42,881 bases of DNA, taken from positions 1-42,881 of IMG/VR virus record IMGVR_UViG_3300027969_000172; one strand, 5' to 3'. Source of the stretch: a virus (lineage: Duplodnaviria > Caudoviricetes). Below the pieces are notes generated by a model. The model was not told the origin of the DNA. It worked only from the letters and a program-made list of their open reading frames with translations, and did no database searches. This document shows positions 9,204 to 17,372 of this stretch, piece by piece. Every line of letters begins with the position of its first letter. Position 1 is the first letter of the stretch. The position numbers were made by a program, and so were the translations under genes.

Positions 9204-9405
9204 ACCACTTGCACCAGCTGGGCCGGGCTGGTGTTATCGCATTACAGCAGCTGCAGCACCGAATAAATGCCCCGGACCAATTAACCAGGATTAAAACCGG
9301 CCAAAAATTCGACCCAAAAAAACGCGCCGCTTTGCCCCTGATTATTTGCTGCAGCCTATACGCAACGCCCGCAAAAATATTTTGCGTTATCTGTATAAAA
9401 CCCCC

Positions 9406-9446
9406 TTGACAGACAACACATGAATTAAGAGAATGACTATTCATGT
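9406..9446 (+). promoter_or_regulatory. Early promoter overlapped by an inverted-repeat operator
   Basis: TTGACA-17bp-GAGAAT; ACATGAAT-N13-ATTCATGT (9418-9446) straddles the -10. Confidence 0.65.
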
Positions 9447-9471
9447 TTAACCACCACCCGAAAGGCACACT

Positions 9472-10104
9472 ATGAAACCTCTCTACCTTATCGCTTGCAG
9501 CGGCGCCAAGCTGGACCACATCGCACCAGCTGCAGAGCTGTATCAGGGCCAAGCATTCAAGCTGGCCATGCAGGCCGCAGAGCGCGCCGGCGCCGATGTA
9601 ATCATTCTCTCGGCCCTCCATGGCGCCGTAAGCACAACGCGCCAGCTGCAGCCCTACAATCGCGCCCTTACTGACATGAGCACACACCAGCGCCGGGTAT
9701 GGGCTGCAATGGTTGAACAGCAGCTGCAGCAGCATAAAGGCCGGGCCGTTACTGTGCTGGCCGGTAAACACTATGCCGCAGCTGTAGAGGGCTGGCCCAA
9801 TGTATCGCGCCCGCTGGCCGGGCTGGGCATCGGCCAACAGCTGGCAGCGCTTAAGAACCTAAACACCACAGTTAAAGAGCTTGAAGCGCTCGAAGAGCTG
9901 GCCCTTACCGACTACCGGGCCGAAGAGGCCGACCGCCGGGCCGCTTGGGCCGCCGGCTGGGATATTGGCAGCAGCGCCGTTTTGCTGGCCAAGGTCCGAT
10001 TAGGAAAAATACGCGAACAGCTGCACGAGCTGGACCACGAAGCCCAGCGCGAAGCCCGGGCCGATTACGACCAGCGCGCCGCGCTGATGCTTGACGATGC
10101 ATAA
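9472..10104 (+). CDS. DUF6884/YaaA-like protein
   Basis: LIACSGAK...PAAELYQG..F, ILSALHG, PYNRAL, LAGKHY, PLAGLGIGQQL signature; GAAAGG RBS. Confidence 0.7.
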   Translation: MKPLYLIACSGAKLDHIAPAAELYQGQAFKLAMQAAERAGADVIILSALHGAVSTTRQLQPYNRALTDMSTHQRRVWAAMVEQQLQQHKGRAVTVLAGKHYAAAVEGWPNVSRPLAGLGIGQQLAALKNLNTTVKELEALEELALTDYRAEEADRRAAWAAGWDIGSSAVLLAKVRLGKIREQLHELDHEAQREARADYDQRAALMLDDA

Positions 10105-10127
10105 ACCCACCAACTGAAAGGCAAACA

Positions 10128-10331
10128 ATGATACTCACAACACCCGACCAGATAGCGCGCTATCGGCTGGCCACCCTGCGCGCCGCGCTTAAGCTTGAAA
10201 TAGCCGGCATGAAGCGCCGGGGCCGTAGCGCTTATTCAATCCTTAAAGATGAAGGATTCACCGGCACCCGCGCCGCCGTACTGCAGCAACTTAACGAACA
10301 ACTTGAAAGGTCCGATCATGAGCAAGCTTGA
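10128..10331 (+). CDS. Small phage hypothetical protein
   Basis: 67 aa, ALKLEIAGMKRRGRSAYSILK; TGAAAGG RBS. Confidence 0.75.
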   Translation: MILTTPDQIARYRLATLRAALKLEIAGMKRRGRSAYSILKDEGFTGTRAAVLQQLNEQLERSDHEQA

Positions 10332-10656
10332 ATTATTTGAACGCGAGACAAACACCTACCGGGACGGCTGGGCCGGCCTAGACAGCTGGGCCCATATCGG
10401 CACGGCCAAGCTGCTACAGCAGCGCATGACGCGCGAGCCCGAGGGATACGATGACGGCGGCGCCTATCTTGCAAAGGTTATCGCGCCCAGCCACTTAAAG
10501 GGCCGCGACCTATCCCGGGCCATCGCCGCGACCATGGGCGGCAGCAGCTGCAGGCACGAACACGACTGCTGTGGGTGCCCGAGCACCAGCGCCAGCGTTA
10601 AACGCACCAGCGCGCGAGAGTACAGCGTTCATTTGCGCGTGTCATACAACTATTGA
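10318..10656 (+). CDS. Hypothetical protein with CxHxHDCCGC metal-binding motif
   Basis: Start MSKLELF at 10318 after TGAAAGG; CRHEHDCCGC. Confidence 0.7.
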   Translation: MSKLELFERETNTYRDGWAGLDSWAHIGTAKLLQQRMTREPEGYDDGGAYLAKVIAPSHLKGRDLSRAIAATMGGSSCRHEHDCCGCPSTSASVKRTSAREYSVHLRVSYNY

Positions 10657-10666
10657 AAGGCCAAAA

Positions 10667-10837
10667 ATGAGTTATCCATTCAAGGCCGAGCAACCCGGCC
10701 ACGCGCTGCCCTATGGCATAGAACACGCCAACGACCCGGAAGGGGAAACAATCCTACATTGTGAATGGTTCGCGACCGAGGCCGAGCGCGATCACCAGCT
10801 GGCATTTTGGCTGGCCTACAACGAGGCCGACCAATGA
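10667..10837 (+). CDS. Small hypothetical protein
   Basis: MSYPFKAEQ... after TGAAAGG; EWFATEAERD motif. Confidence 0.6.
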   Translation: MSYPFKAEQPGHALPYGIEHANDPEGETILHCEWFATEAERDHQLAFWLAYNEADQ

Positions 10838-10992
10838 AACACCACCAACACCGACAACACTACAGCCCAGCAGCAGAGCGCGCAGAGTTACGCGCTGCAG
10901 CTGGTGCAGACTTCGCAGCCGTTTTGCTAGTGGCCGGCGCCCTGACTGTGGGCGCCCTTTTTTACTTCGATATTTTTACAAAGGGGTTTTAA
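10834..10992 (+). CDS. Small membrane protein
   Basis: ATGA overlap with previous gene; one hydrophobic helix FAAVLLVAGALTVGALFYF. Confidence 0.6.
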   Translation: MKHHQHRQHYSPAAERAELRAAAGADFAAVLLVAGALTVGALFYFDIFTKGF

Positions 10993-10994
10993 TC

Positions 10995-11393
10995 ATGGGA
11001 AACAGAGCCGTTTTAACATTCAGCACCGCCGGCAACGCGCCCGCGATATATCTACATTGGAACGGAGGCCGCGCGAGCGTTCAAGGTTTTATAGACGCGG
11101 CCCGGGCGCTGGGCCTGCGCCACGCGCCTACAGCTGCAGCACAAGCCGAGGCCCTCGACCAGCTGGCCGAACTATTGGCCCGGCACTATTTCCGATGCAA
11201 TGTTGGAATGACAGTCTACCGCCAGCAATACGGCGCCAGCGACCGCGACAACGGCGACAACGGAACCTATTTGCTGGGCCGTGATTTGTCCATAATCGAG
11301 CGCTTTTATAAACCCGGCCCCGATGAAATAAACCCGGCCAAAACCGCCGCAATAGCCGAGCGCATTACAGCCAGCGCCCCCGCATTTAACTGA
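10995..11393 (+). CDS. Phage hypothetical protein
   Basis: MGNRAVLTF...IYLHWNGG..SV..F...DNGDNGTY; AAGGGG RBS. Confidence 0.75.
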   Translation: MGNRAVLTFSTAGNAPAIYLHWNGGRASVQGFIDAARALGLRHAPTAAAQAEALDQLAELLARHYFRCNVGMTVYRQQYGASDRDNGDNGTYLLGRDLSIIERFYKPGPDEINPAKTAAIAERITASAPAFN

Positions 11394-11403
11394 AAGGCCC
11401 GTT

Positions 11404-12096
11404 ATGCTTTACACATTCATAAGGAACAGCGGAAACCGTAAAACCGGCCCGCTGCCAGTTACCTACAACCTCCGCAAAACTTGCCCGCCCGGCTGCGCGC
11501 TTTATCGCACCGGCTGCTATGGTGAAGACTATTTCACGCGCATAAGCTGGGACAAGGTGCCCGCGCGCGGCGTACCAATTCACCAGCTGGCCGGCCACAT
11601 TCAGAGCCTACCGCCGGCCCAAGTGTGGCGCTTTGCCATTGTCGGCGACTTACCCGGAGAGGGTGAAAAAGTAGACCCCTACGAGCTGGGCCTAATCGTG
11701 AAGGCCAACAAAGGCCGCCGGGGTTTCACCTACTCACACAAGCACACGCCAGAGGCCTTGGGCTGGATTAAACACGCCAACAGCTGGGGATTCACAATAA
11801 ACCTTAGTGCAGACAATGCCGGCCACGCCGACCAGCTGGCAGACACCGGCGCCGGCCCTGTGGCCGCTGTGGTGCCCATGGACACCCCGAAGGTGAGCCA
11901 CACCCCAGCCGGGCGCCTAATCGTGATCTGTGAGGCACAAACCCGCGAGGAAATAACTTGCGAGTCATGCGGCAATTTTGAGCCATGGTGCAGCCGATCA
12001 GACCGCGATTTTATAGTTGGCTTTCGGGCCCATGGATCGAAGGCCAAGCAAACCGACAAGCTGGCCCGCAAAGTCATTCCAATTTTGAAAGGTTGA
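11404..12096 (+). CDS. Cys-rich Gp88-like protein (possible Fe-S / radical SAM-like fold)
   Basis: SGNRKTG...TCPPGC..Y..GCY, WR...GDL, GFTYSH, GFTINLSAD, C..Q.....TC..C...C, VGF.AHG. Confidence 0.6.
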   Translation: MLYTFIRNSGNRKTGPLPVTYNLRKTCPPGCALYRTGCYGEDYFTRISWDKVPARGVPIHQLAGHIQSLPPAQVWRFAIVGDLPGEGEKVDPYELGLIVKANKGRRGFTYSHKHTPEALGWIKHANSWGFTINLSADNAGHADQLADTGAGPVAAVVPMDTPKVSHTPAGRLIVICEAQTREEITCESCGNFEPWCSRSDRDFIVGFRAHGSKAKQTDKLARKVIPILKG

Positions 12097-12099
12097 ATC

Positions 12100-12351
12100 A
12101 TGCTTAAAACAATGCGCGCAAAATATCCCGGAAAGTGCAGCCTATCAGGCGCCCGCATAAACCCCGGGGACTTCATCATTTACAACACCGAAACCAAAAC
12201 GGCCGAGCTGGAACCAGACGCCGACACAATCCAATTCACCAGCACCAGCCCCCGCGTGAGCGATGTTTTCAACATTTCGGGCCGCGAGTTCTACCGCAAC
12301 AAGGCCGGCCGGTGCCTAGACGCGCCATGCTGTGGCTGCTGCACTATCTGA
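12100..12351 (+). CDS. Small Cys-rich hypothetical protein
   Basis: AKYPGKC...I.PGD.I and RNKAGRCLDAPCCGCCT; TGAAAGG RBS. Confidence 0.7.
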   Translation: MLKTMRAKYPGKCSLSGARINPGDFIIYNTETKTAELEPDADTIQFTSTSPRVSDVFNISGREFYRNKAGRCLDAPCCGCCTI

Positions 12352-12491
12352 GGCCCATCATGACCGATCAAGAAATAATCAATTACTACTACGGGCCCCG
12401 GCCCGGGTTAACGCTGCAGCAGCTGGCCATCATGACGGGCCGCACCACCGCGCAGCTGTGCAAAATTTTATTTGACTGAGGCCCATCATGA
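12348..12491 (+). repeat. 16-bp direct repeat at gene junctions
   Basis: CTGAGGCCCATCATGA at 12348-12363 and 12476-12491. Confidence 0.85.
12360..12479 (+). CDS. Tiny HTH-like protein
   Basis: MTDQEII...LTLQQLAIMTGRTTAQLCKIL; GAGG RBS. Confidence 0.55.
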   Translation: MTDQEIINYYYGPRPGLTLQQLAIMTGRTTAQLCKILFD

Positions 12492-12676
12492 AACAAACTG
12501 AGCAAACCTACATCAAAGCCGGCTACACAGTCGCTCGGGCCATACGGGCTAAAAACGCAGCGCGCGCCCGGGCTGCAATCCAAAATTATGATTTTCTGCT
12601 GGCCCTTGAATCGAAGGCCGACAGGGACGAGGCCCGGCGCCTTTATGTGCGCGGATATAACGAAGGCCAGCACTAA
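12488..12676 (+). CDS. Small hypothetical protein
   Basis: 62 aa, GAGG RBS, co-oriented with cluster. Confidence 0.65.
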   Translation: MKQTEQTYIKAGYTVARAIRAKNAARARAAIQNYDFLLALESKADRDEARRLYVRGYNEGQH

Positions 12677-12798
12677 CCCACCACCACCGACCACGCACCG
12701 GCCCCCGGGCCGGACAGGCCGCCCGCAAGACCAGCATACAAGCTGGCAGCATGAGGCTATTTATAGAAGTATTCCAGCCAGTAGAACGAGGCTATTCC

Positions 12799-12817
12799 TA
12801 ATTAACAATGTTAATTA
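12799..12817. promoter_or_regulatory. Palindrome TTAACA-N-TGTTAA, copy 3
   Basis: TAATTAACAATGTTAATTA, about 25 nt upstream of ATG 12842. Confidence 0.7.
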
Positions 12818-12841
12818 ACTCAACAAAACGGAGATTTTTAA

Positions 12842-13462
12842 ATGCCAAATTGGTGCTCAAATTCATTAAAAATTGTCGCAACAAATACCGACTCAGAGAA
12901 CAAACTAGCGCAGATTGTGCAAGAGCTGGCGCGCGCTGTTGCCGCGAAAGAAAACCCCGCGATCTTTCAAATGATCCGCCCGGTGCCTGAAGACCTGAAA
13001 ATTACAGCCGGGTTTCTCGGCAAAGGCACCCCCGAACAGGCCGAACTTGAAACTTTAGAGGCCGACAATCTAAAGCATTACGGCTATAAAAATTGGCATG
13101 GTTTCTGTATGGCAGAGTGGGGAACCAAGTGGGACATGAGTATTGCAGACAGCCCCGAGGTTTACGAGATCGAGGGCAACGCCGTGACAATCTACTTTGA
13201 CACAGCTTGGAGCCCACCTGAGGGCATCTATCACGCCTTAGAGGCCATGGGATTCAAGGTCGAGGCCACCTACATAGAGCAGGGCATGGGTTACATTGGT
13301 TATTACAGGGACGGGGTAGATTTTTGCACAGACATGGCACAGCTGCACCCAGTAACCGACAACGAAGAAGATGAAGACGAGTTCTTTCACCTATGCCAAA
13401 ACATAGACAAGTTCTTTGAAGATGCTGGCTTCGATCACTCACCACCTAACTTTGGAGGTTAA
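12842..13462 (+). CDS. YubB/DUF1281 ferredoxin-like domain protein
   Basis: MPNWCSN.L, W..F....WGTKWD, FDTAWSPP, Y.EQGMGYIG signature. Confidence 0.8.
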   Translation: MPNWCSNSLKIVATNTDSENKLAQIVQELARAVAAKENPAIFQMIRPVPEDLKITAGFLGKGTPEQAELETLEADNLKHYGYKNWHGFCMAEWGTKWDMSIADSPEVYEIEGNAVTIYFDTAWSPPEGIYHALEAMGFKVEATYIEQGMGYIGYYRDGVDFCTDMAQLHPVTDNEEDEDEFFHLCQNIDKFFEDAGFDHSPPNFGG

Positions 13463-13464
13463 TC

Positions 13465-13674
13465 ATGAAAACAACTATTCAAGCAGAAAATTGGGGCCTA
13501 TCATTCAAGGGCAGCCCAGAGGGCGCCAAGTATGTCATTGAGCTATTTAGTGAGGCCTTTTATTCTGATGGTAAAGACGCCCCAAATTTTATCCGGGATT
13601 TTATTTTCAACATTGAAGTGGCCCTGCAAGATGCTGGCTACCTTGATCAAGACTTTAACGAGACAAAACCATGA
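13465..13674 (+). CDS. Small hypothetical protein
   Basis: GGAGG RBS, 69 aa. Confidence 0.65.
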   Translation: MKTTIQAENWGLSFKGSPEGAKYVIELFSEAFYSDGKDAPNFIRDFIFNIEVALQDAGYLDQDFNETKP

Positions 13675-13877
13675 TCACCAAAGAAGATGTAGAAGACTCG
13701 ATCACTTACAAACTAACCGGGGCCCTGATGCTGGCGGCAAGTATTCTGTCTGATGCACAGGAGTTGCTGGCTGTAGGGGACCGGGCCCGGGCCAACGAGC
13801 ATATCAATGACGCCAAGCGCGTGATCTTTATGGTCATGGATAACGAGCTGGACCCCGGCATTCGCAAAGAACTATAA
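13671..13877 (+). CDS. Small hypothetical protein
   Basis: ATGA overlap; SILSDAQELL...A...IN.AK. Confidence 0.65.
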   Translation: MITKEDVEDSITYKLTGALMLAASILSDAQELLAVGDRARANEHINDAKRVIFMVMDNELDPGIRKEL

Positions 13878-14657
13878 AAACCCGCGCAGGGATTCGGCAG
13901 CCAACTGGGTGCCAATCCTCTGCTCGGCATCATTGAAGTCCTCTCCAGCCTCGCCTAACCAATAGAACGAGGCTATTTTTTTGGCTGTGCCCACGCCCAT
14001 TGCATCGTTGTCAGCGATCACCAAAGGGTTCCTTAAACTCTTAGCCACTTCAAGCATATTCCCCGCAGAGAAACACACATGAATCGTATAGCGCTCGCGC
14101 AAATACTTCATGGCCCTACGCACAGACATACCCGTGGCAAACCCCTCACACAGAATATTGCGGCCCTTGTTGTCAATGATCAGACTGGCCCCCTTGGTCT
14201 GCTGCCCTGACAGAAAGCGCTTTGTGCCGTCTTCCTGAATGAGCTGGCAGCCAACCAAATGCTGACCAATCCTCATCGGCAGAACAAGCAGGCCATTCCA
14301 AACCAATCCCTTATCGGGGAAACCCTTGCGAATCAAATAGGGGTGTTGCTGTTTAAGGGCATTGTTCAGGATAAATGCGGCCTTGTCTGCAGCCTTACGC
14401 TGACGCAGCTCATGTTCGCGCTTGGCCTCTTCCCTCTTGGCCGCAGCATGAGGGTCGGGTATAAACGGCTCGCTGGATTTATAAAGTATATGCCGATCAT
14501 GCACAGCGAAGTTAATGATCGCGCCCTTGTGGCCATCAAAGATGTAGGCGCCGTTCTGCTTCCGAGGGTGATCATCAGTCCCAACACGCACCCAGCGATC
14601 CAAGATTAGATCTTTAATCATGAGGCCATGATCCCTTGCGAATTCTTCGAATGTCAT
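13872..14657 (-). CDS. Toprim-domain primase
   Basis: HPYLIRKG, LVLPM, Q.I..DGTKRFL.G, CEGFATG, FSAGN, IADND, DFND; ATGA coupling to helicase. Confidence 0.85.
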   Translation of the reverse strand: MTFEEFARDHGLMIKDLILDRWVRVGTDDHPRKQNGAYIFDGHKGAIINFAVHDRHILYKSSEPFIPDPHAAAKREEAKREHELRQRKAADKAAFILNNALKQQHPYLIRKGFPDKGLVWNGLLVLPMRIGQHLVGCQLIQEDGTKRFLSGQQTKGASLIIDNKGRNILCEGFATGMSVRRAMKYLRERYTIHVCFSAGNMLEVAKSLRNPLVIADNDAMGVGTAKKIASFYWLGEAGEDFNDAEQRIGTQLAAESLRGFL

Positions 14658-16126
14658 TTGTTGGCCTTCGATTTTACCCAAGCAATGTTGCGTGACTTAA
14701 TCCACGCGCTTGTCTTGTACGATATAGGAGCGGGATTTGTATGCAGCCCACGGGGATAGGCGCCATACTTTTCTTTGTACTTAACAGCCGCATAGCCCTC
14801 TTTGTATCCCCTTGCCTTGGCATAAAAGATCAGCTCAGAATAGAACTTTTGATTCTCTGACACCAGCTCGCGCTTGGTCATCTCCAGCTCTGTCAGCTGG
14901 CCGGGGACATTCAGAACTTGCTTTTGTGCTTTCTCAAACCCGCATTCACCGCAAATTCTGTCAGGCCAAACCCATAAAGTCTTACAGGCCGGGCACTTGG
15001 CTTCGGTCTTTTCCTTTTCTGTTGGCTCTTTCTTTGCTGTCTCGGCGCCATTCTGCAGCTCGGTCACGCCCTCATCAAAAAGCTTGTCCCACTCTTTTCT
15101 AAACCGAAGGTAATTACCCGAATGATCTAACCACAAACCATATTCTTTACCATCGTATGGCCGCATGATCCGGCCCATCTGCTGCACATGGCTGCTAAAT
15201 GACTTAGAGAATGGCCTGGCTGACACGCCAATCATTACATCAGGCACATCAAAACCTCTGGTCAGTATGTCTGTGGCAATTAGTCCGTTGATTTTCGTAT
15301 CAGGCCTGCTGAAATCCTCAATTGTCTCGGCTTTGAACTCGTCATCCTCTTTGTAACTGATCGAAACAAAGTTATAACCGCGCTCATTAAACTGGCGCAC
15401 AAGGTCGCGGCCATGCTCAACACCAGAGGCAAATACAACTGTCTTGCGTGGGCCGCCAAACACTTCATTTGTTTTGTTAATCCACTCTTCGACAATGTCA
15501 CCCGTAATCTTCATGCCGCGCTCGGAAACATCATCTGAAGACCATTCGCCTGCAACCTTCTTAGCGCCGGTCATGTCAATTTCTTTTGCGATAAAGATCT
15601 TAAGGGGCGCCAGCCACTTGTCCTCAATCAGTTCACTCGTAGATTTGGCACCCACAACATTGGTATAGGTGTCACCCAAACCATTGGTAAAAGGCGTTGC
15701 CGTGAGGCCGATCACCCTCATGTCAGGGCGATCTTTAACTAACTGAATGATTTGCTTGCGCTGCACATGGCACTCATCAATGATGAGCATAGACACATCA
15801 GGGAATGTGGCCCTGCTTTCTAGCGTCTGCGCGCTGCATACTTGGATCTTTTCATAGGGCCTGTAGCGCCAATGATCCGCCTGCATAACACCGTGATTGA
15901 TGTTGTAGTTACCAAGGCGGGTGCTGGTTTGATTGACCAACACGATGCGGTCTAGCACCATCGCTACATTCTTGAGTTTCTTGGCCTCTTCGAGCATGAT
16001 GGCCATGGCCACCTCTGTTTTGCCAAACCCTGTGGGTGCGTAAAGCAGCTGGTGTTTGTGTCCATCTACAAAGCCTTGAGCAAGCTTCTCCACGACTTCC
16101 GCTTGATGCGGTCTTAAACTAAGCAT
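14654..16126 (-). CDS. Superfamily 2 DExH helicase with Zn finger (RadD/YejH-like)
   Basis: APTGFGKT, IIDECH, GLTATP, LTRGFDVP, QQMGRIMR, CPAC..CGEC. Confidence 0.92.
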   Translation of the reverse strand: MLSLRPHQAEVVEKLAQGFVDGHKHQLLYAPTGFGKTEVAMAIMLEEAKKLKNVAMVLDRIVLVNQTSTRLGNYNINHGVMQADHWRYRPYEKIQVCSAQTLESRATFPDVSMLIIDECHVQRKQIIQLVKDRPDMRVIGLTATPFTNGLGDTYTNVVGAKSTSELIEDKWLAPLKIFIAKEIDMTGAKKVAGEWSSDDVSERGMKITGDIVEEWINKTNEVFGGPRKTVVFASGVEHGRDLVRQFNERGYNFVSISYKEDDEFKAETIEDFSRPDTKINGLIATDILTRGFDVPDVMIGVSARPFSKSFSSHVQQMGRIMRPYDGKEYGLWLDHSGNYLRFRKEWDKLFDEGVTELQNGAETAKKEPTEKEKTEAKCPACKTLWVWPDRICGECGFEKAQKQVLNVPGQLTELEMTKRELVSENQKFYSELIFYAKARGYKEGYAAVKYKEKYGAYPRGLHTNPAPISYKTSAWIKSRNIAWVKSKANK

Positions 16127-16162
16127 TTGATTTCTCCTACCGGGATACCGCCCGGCTTCGGT

Positions 16163-16987
16163 TTATTTAGATTCTAGTGCCTTTTCTGCCCTCTCAACGC
16201 GCTTCTTCCAATAAGTTAATTGCTTGATCATCTCAGCATTTTTGTTTTGGAATTCATTGCGCGATTGGGTCATGGTACGCAGCTTAAACTCAAGGTCTTT
16301 GACCTCGGCCCGCAGCGACTCAATGGTTTCTTGAACTTCTGTCCTGGCCTTCTCGGACACAGGCAATGTTCGGATGGCCAGCATATCTTTGAGCTTTGTA
16401 TTCTCTTCTGATAATGCTGTGTGCTCGATAGCCAGCTCATGCATCTTATCTTCTTCGGTGTATTCGGGCTCGGGCTCGGGCGCTGCCTTGGGGCCACGGC
16501 CAGTTATATTAACGCGCTGACCATTCTTGTCTACCCGCGAAGCAGCTTCCAATCCCATGGCCTTGCGAACACGACCAACTGTCATTGACGATACATCGCA
16601 GATCAGGGCAATCTCCACATCGGTCTTCTCACCCAACTCAATGTCTTCCAAGGCCATTTGAACCACATAGCGGCGTTCTTCGGGGGTGCGTGGCTTACCG
16701 TGCTTACCATTGGCCTTCAGACAAGCCAAGAACGCATCGCGCTTGGTGCCTTGATTGACTGCGGCCTCAATGTCCAAGAACCCGGCGCGCTTATGTGCGT
16801 GGAATCTGTGGAAGCCATCGCTGGGCCAGTAAGATTTGCCGTCAAACCATAAGTCAATTGGCGGAAACTTATCTTTGCCCTCAAGCAATACTTCTGTGTA
16901 GTGCTGGACCAAGGGCTCGTCAATCTCTTTGCGGGGCTGGGTGCCGCCATCAAGGCGAATCTTTTGTAGCTTAATTCTTTCGGTCAT
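16163..16987 (-). CDS. ParB/Srx N-terminal domain protein with HTH and coiled coil
   Basis: GTQPR...FPPI..WFDG....DGFHR..A, ANGKHG, TD.EIA.ICDVS..TV.RVRK; AAGGA RBS before 16987. Confidence 0.8.
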   Translation of the reverse strand: MTERIKLQKIRLDGGTQPRKEIDEPLVQHYTEVLLEGKDKFPPIDLWFDGKSYWPSDGFHRFHAHKRAGFLDIEAAVNQGTKRDAFLACLKANGKHGKPRTPEERRYVVQMALEDIELGEKTDVEIALICDVSSMTVGRVRKAMGLEAASRVDKNGQRVNITGRGPKAAPEPEPEYTEEDKMHELAIEHTALSEENTKLKDMLAIRTLPVSEKARTEVQETIESLRAEVKDLEFKLRTMTQSRNEFQNKNAEMIKQLTYWKKRVERAEKALESK

Positions 16988-17175
16988 TGTTTTCCTTTTG
17001 TTGATGCTCTTTTTGAGGCTCTGTTTGCCCAGCAGGCGGCGCAGTGCCATTTTGTGTGGTTAAGTTGGATGCCGCCCTCTGGCGGCTTCATTTCGTTGCA
17101 GTTATTGCACTCCTTGTGTTGATGTACCGGCTGCTTACCGCCAATTGTTAATTGTTGTTTTGCAAATCCATTCAC
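16984..17175 (-). CDS. Small Zn-ribbon protein
   Basis: CNNC...W.CAAC; overlaps flanking genes by 4 nt. Confidence 0.6.
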   Translation of the reverse strand: MNGFAKQQLTIGGKQPVHQHKECNNCNEMKPPEGGIQLNHTKWHCAACWANRASKRASTKGKQ

Positions 17176-17372
17176 TTCTTCATGCTCCTTACATAGATGG
17201 CAAAGCTTGCCGTTGTGTCTCCGCCGTTCTTCATGTTGTCAAACTCTTTGGCCACCTCTTCCAAGGTATCGTTGCGAATCTTGTTGGTGATGGGGTCAAG
17301 CTGGCGCTGAATCATCTGACGCTTGCGCCAACCCAACGCCTTCTCCCATATGTTCAATTCTTGTTCACTCAT
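17172..17372 (-). CDS. Small hypothetical protein
   Basis: RNDTLEEVAKEF...TASFAIYVRSMK; ATGA coupling. Confidence 0.7.
   Translation of the reverse strand: MSEQELNIWEKALGWRKRQMIQRQLDPITNKIRNDTLEEVAKEFDNMKNGGDTTASFAIYVRSMKK

Noticed and set aside
9142-9837. N-terminal 232 aa of the 475-aa ORF (8410..9837)
   Set aside because: Runs antisense over the divergent promoters and the 9472 gene; TerS-like sequence only begins at MPQKL (9141), which has its own promoter candidate
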